A stretch of DNA of 64,000 bases from Eubacteriales bacterium. Its GTDB lineage: Bacteria > Bacillota > Clostridia > Lachnospirales > JAVBJQ01. Position numbers and translations under genes: made by a program. Positions 61,347-64,000 of the stretch are shown piece after piece. The notes below the pieces were generated by a model. The model ran no database searches, was not told the origin of the DNA, and saw only the letters and a program-made list of their open reading frames with translations. The stretch is from the NCBI GenBank assembly GCA_031546905.1, contig JAVBJQ010000041.1:39102-103101 (forward strand), read 5' to 3'. The number at the start of each line of letters is the position of its first letter. Position 1 is the first letter of the stretch.

Positions 61347-61928
61347 CTAATTATCTAAGCGGTGCGTATTCAAGCTCATTGTCATCCATGTAATTTCATC
61401 TATCAAATCGGGTTGCTCAGTGTCAATAACAAAACCTAATTTGGAATAAAAATCAATAACTGTCTTACTTGATGGAACATTGAGGGTCGTGGCTTCAACG
61501 TTCATTGCTTCTTCAAGTAATTTAGAAAACAGTATTCTCCCATTCCTTTACTGTGCAGTTCTGGTTTAACATATAGATTGAGACCGTGTATTTAGGAGTT
61601 TCAAGTGCCCAAAATTTGCAAATGCGCCAGTTGCAACTATTTCTCCGCTGTGCACAGCAACATATACTTTTTTCCATCTTAACTGGGATAAAAGACTATT
61701 ACCAGTATTATGTGCCTTGAATTTATCCAGAACTGGTTTTGAATGAACCGTTGCCATAACCTCATCAAAATTTCTGCTTATTATGAGTGCGGTTCCCTCA
61801 ATATCAATGAAGGTAGCTTCTCTTATAATCATCTCTTGACTAGTCAGAATTTTTTCTAAATGCTTTTGTAAAATAGGAATATCAATATTTAAGGCATCCC
61901 ATAATTTTAAAAAGAACAATTTTATCAC
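61347..61928 (-). pseudogene. GNAT acetyltransferase, frameshifted
   Basis: The track ORF 61566..61928 gives ..VAVHSGEIVATGAFANFGH. The rest of the GNAT core is spread over two other frames (YVKPELHSKGMG / ILFSKLLEEAMNVEATTLNVPSSKTVIDFYSKLGFVID..MTMSL). Confidence 0.75.
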
Positions 61929-61934
61929 GCTTGG

Positions 61935-62506
61935 TCATATATAATAATCAAATCCTTTTGAATTTCTACTTCTAGCGTTGGTGAAAAAGAGCCCATAAGC
62001 CTCCGCGAACAACCCCATATTTTTGAAACTTCGAAATAAGGATGGACTTAATTGATGCAATATCTTCAAGTTAAGTCGTCCAATATCTAAACATGCTTTT
62101 ATACTTGAAAATTCTTTAAATAAGTCATGAAGATTTGCACTCTGAGAGAAATAAGATGATATGGCATCATTTTCAAGAACAATTTGAAGGTTATATTGTT
62201 TTGATATTGCAGTTAATCTAAGAAACATATCATACAAATTTTGTTCTAAAATATCCTTTGCGTAATCTTTTTCATACATCCATTCCTTCTCATTAGCAAA
62301 TCGCCAATATGTGAAGTCAAAGGTGTCAGTGCGCTCTCCAATTACAGGAGAATGACTTTCACATTTTATTTAGTTTATTCACTTCGTCAATATGTGGAAA
62401 CATACATGCTCAACACCATAAAATCCATCTCGAAAATCGCTGCAAAGCTTTTCCTCAGCTCATACCCCAAGAACCAATTAAAAAATTCCTCATTATGAAT
62501 TCTCAT
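61935..62506 (-). pseudogene. xylose-isomerase-like TIM-barrel protein, multiply frameshifted
   Basis: N-terminal pieces lie in different frames (FLIGSWGMS / LRKSFAAIFE / GFYGVEHVCFHI), followed by stops. The 114-aa track ORF carries the C-terminal part (..IVLENDA..ACLDIGRLN..). Confidence 0.6.
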
Positions 62507-62580
62507 CTCCTAATTGCATTTTTAGCAGCACTCTCTTCTTTATATTTAAATTCTGACAATATAAACCAATGAAATTTGTC

Positions 62581-62625
62581 AATCCCCAACCTTCACCGTA
62601 CCGTAAATTACGGTGAGTTTTGATA
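62581..62625 (-). repeat. intergenic repeat copy c2
   Basis: The minus strand reads TCAAAACTCACCGTAATTTACGGTACGGTGAAGGTTGGGG. About 70 percent identical to c1 over 45 nt by eye. Contains the 7-bp palindrome CACCGTA/TACGGTG. Confidence 0.55.
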
Positions 62626-62630
62626 AATTT

Positions 62631-63572
62631 CTACTTATCATCATTTAACCAACGAGCTGACGCCAGATTCCAAATAAAATTTGAATATGGTCTGTTTATA
62701 TCCCCCAACTCGTTTGCTATTTTCTCTACAAACCCTAAAAAAGTTAGTGCCTGCTCTTTTGCGGTTAGCAAACTTTCAATATTTACTTCACACCAAATCT
62801 TCGTTTCATTATAAAGTGGAGAATTTTTTAATGCTGAAATGGCTTTTTGTATATCATATGATACTCTTTTTTCTTCAATAATCCATTGATTATCAACATA
62901 ATTTAGAATTGTATAAGGTGAACGATTATCAAAGTCTAAAGGATTTCCACATGAACCTGGGTTAACTAAAATTTGATTGTTCAGCTTAATATGCCACTGG
63001 GTATGAAAATGTCCAAATAAATAAATTCCATTTTGCAGTTCTTCTAAAGCCGTTGCCAGTTGTTCGTCTGATTTTAAAATTGCGTCTGCATATTGTAAAT
63101 AGTCTATATGCATAAAAGAACTTTTTTCCATGTGCATTGGATAATTACGACCACTTAAATTGTCAACCACTGTTTTTCCGAATATGTCTGTCGGTGAATG
63201 CGCCATAAAAATAAGCTTGCCATTGATGAATATTTCTTTTTTATCTGGCAAAGCAAACAACCATTCTCTATTCGCAACACTGACTGTTCTATAAGTCCAA
63301 TATACTGGGGCAAATTGTTCAGATGTCCATGTGGATTTGTCTTGGCATGAAAGATTTTTAAGATAGCCTTCCCCGTTACCATGAATTATGTATGTATTCT
63401 CCATAGATTTAATGGTTTCAATCACTTCATTCGGATATGCAAAACCGTTACAATAATCTCCTAAGAATATATAAAAATCAACTGCATTTTCTTTTGCATC
63501 TTGTATTACAGCTTGTAGTGCATGCAGATTTCCATGTATATCAGATATAACCGCAATTTTCAATTTAAGCAC
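62631..63572 (-). CDS. metallophosphoesterase (calcineurin-like)
   Basis: 313 aa. IAVISDIHGN, FLGDY, GNGE and GHFH motifs in canonical order. Confidence 0.88.
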   Translation of the reverse strand: MLKLKIAVISDIHGNLHALQAVIQDAKENAVDFYIFLGDYCNGFAYPNEVIETIKSMENTYIIHGNGEGYLKNLSCQDKSTWTSEQFAPVYWTYRTVSVANREWLFALPDKKEIFINGKLIFMAHSPTDIFGKTVVDNLSGRNYPMHMEKSSFMHIDYLQYADAILKSDEQLATALEELQNGIYLFGHFHTQWHIKLNNQILVNPGSCGNPLDFDNRSPYTILNYVDNQWIIEEKRVSYDIQKAISALKNSPLYNETKIWCEVNIESLLTAKEQALTFLGFVEKIANELGDINRPYSNFIWNLASARWLNDDK

Positions 63573-63613
63573 CTCTACCTAATATTTATCGATAACATTT
63601 ATGGTTTTATCAG

Positions 63614-63705
63614 AATCATTCCTTTTTGTGCGTATTCCCAAATAAGCAGTGAACTGCTCTTAACATCTACGGTTCACCGTACTTGCGAAGCGGCAATTTT
63701 TTGAA
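63614..63705 (-). repeat. intergenic repeat copy c3 (expanded)
   Basis: The minus strand reads TCAAAAAATTGCCGCTTCGCAAGTACGGTGAACCGTAGATG ... AAAAAGGAATGATT. Shares the TCAAAAA, CGCTTCG, GTACGGTG and AAAGGAATGATT blocks with c1, in the same order. Confidence 0.5.
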
Positions 63706-63799
63706 AGCACAAGCACGACCTCTTACCCAAATCTATTTTCCACGACGTTCGGTAATATGGAATATAAGTTTTTGCCTATTTTATTTTGAAAATAGTCTT

Positions 63800-64000
63800 T
63801 TATATCAAAAATTGCTTTCCATTTTGCCAAAGTTGAATAAGTTTGTCATAATCATCGTATTTACAATCTTCTAAATATCGTTTGAGGTGCTCATAATCTT
63901 CCGCCGGACAATCACTATACCCAAGTTCCATCATAAAGTTATAACCTTCTGTTACATGTTGCAAATCTGCCTTTGTTAAGCTCCTTCCGATGTCGTGAAA
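63800..64000 (-). CDS. HD-domain protein, C-terminal part (5' end beyond window)
   Basis: Open reverse frame FHDIGRSLTKADLQHVTEGYNFMMELGYSD...GKQFLI* reaches the window edge. HDIGR is an HD-family motif. Confidence 0.6.
   Translation of the reverse strand, partial: FHDIGRSLTKADLQHVTEGYNFMMELGYSDCPAEDYEHLKRYLEDCKYDDYDKLIQLWQNGKQFLI

Noticed and set aside
62563-63704. Short plus-strand ORFs ending in a shared ..HRT......F* (MKFVNPNLHRTVNYGEF* near 62563-62616; track ORF 63522..63704 ending ..VHRTCEAAIF*)
   Set aside because: The shared C-terminus merely reflects the nucleotide repeat (CACCGTAC..TTTTGA). The third copy (c1) reads through the stop, the upstream parts are unrelated and antisense to real gene starts, and there is no SD.
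56901-63705. Interpreting the intergenic repeats as integron attC sites
   Set aside because: I could not find the RYYYAAC / GTTRRRY core pairs or the long imperfect palindrome typical of attC. The palindromes present are only 6-7 bp, and no intI is in the window. The repeats are kept as an unexplained family rather than called an integron.

Overview
Low-GC Firmicute chromosome segment, Clostridia-like (CIRCE-controlled groESL, hprK/crh-like, whiA cluster, spoVB-like flippase). It holds about 60 protein-coding genes. I found no rRNA, tRNA or CRISPR array. Core blocks are ispE; guaA-guaB; groES-groEL; murB-rapZ-whiA-crh-like; glucokinase-hprK; uvrC; PTS IICB/IIA; cfa. Three patches look accessory. 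(1) 4.9-11.5 kb: an island that starts exactly where an alpha/beta-hydrolase gene is truncated. It carries a giant (at least 1358 aa) stand-alone STAND/NACHT-like P-loop NTPase, which is my best candidate for an undescribed NLR-type immune gene. It also carries an IS630 transposase relic, a small membrane ORF, and an SD-preceded 18-aa peptide ORF upstream of a radical SAM enzyme with a SPASM/twitch-like C-terminus. (2) 45-52 kb: an AgrC/AgrA-like LytTR two-component system divergent from an operon of solute-binding protein, two MalFG-type permeases and a HlyD-type adaptor. That operon has no ATPase, and its leader holds a perfect terminator-like hairpin. (3) 52.4-64 kb: a decayed, mostly co-oriented, cassette-like region. 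It contains a VanY peptidase plus an unknown 392-aa protein grafted onto a GNAT stub, a hybrid kinase, three multi-lesion pseudogenes, a MerR/pseudo-receiver fusion, an orphan RnfA-like protein and a possibly UDG-fold protein. At least six copies of a previously unannotated intergenic repeat (core GTCATTTATGGTAYGGT) punctuate this region. Two genes appear to need non-canonical ATT starts. All calls rest on reading the sequence and ORF translations by eye; no database search was run.
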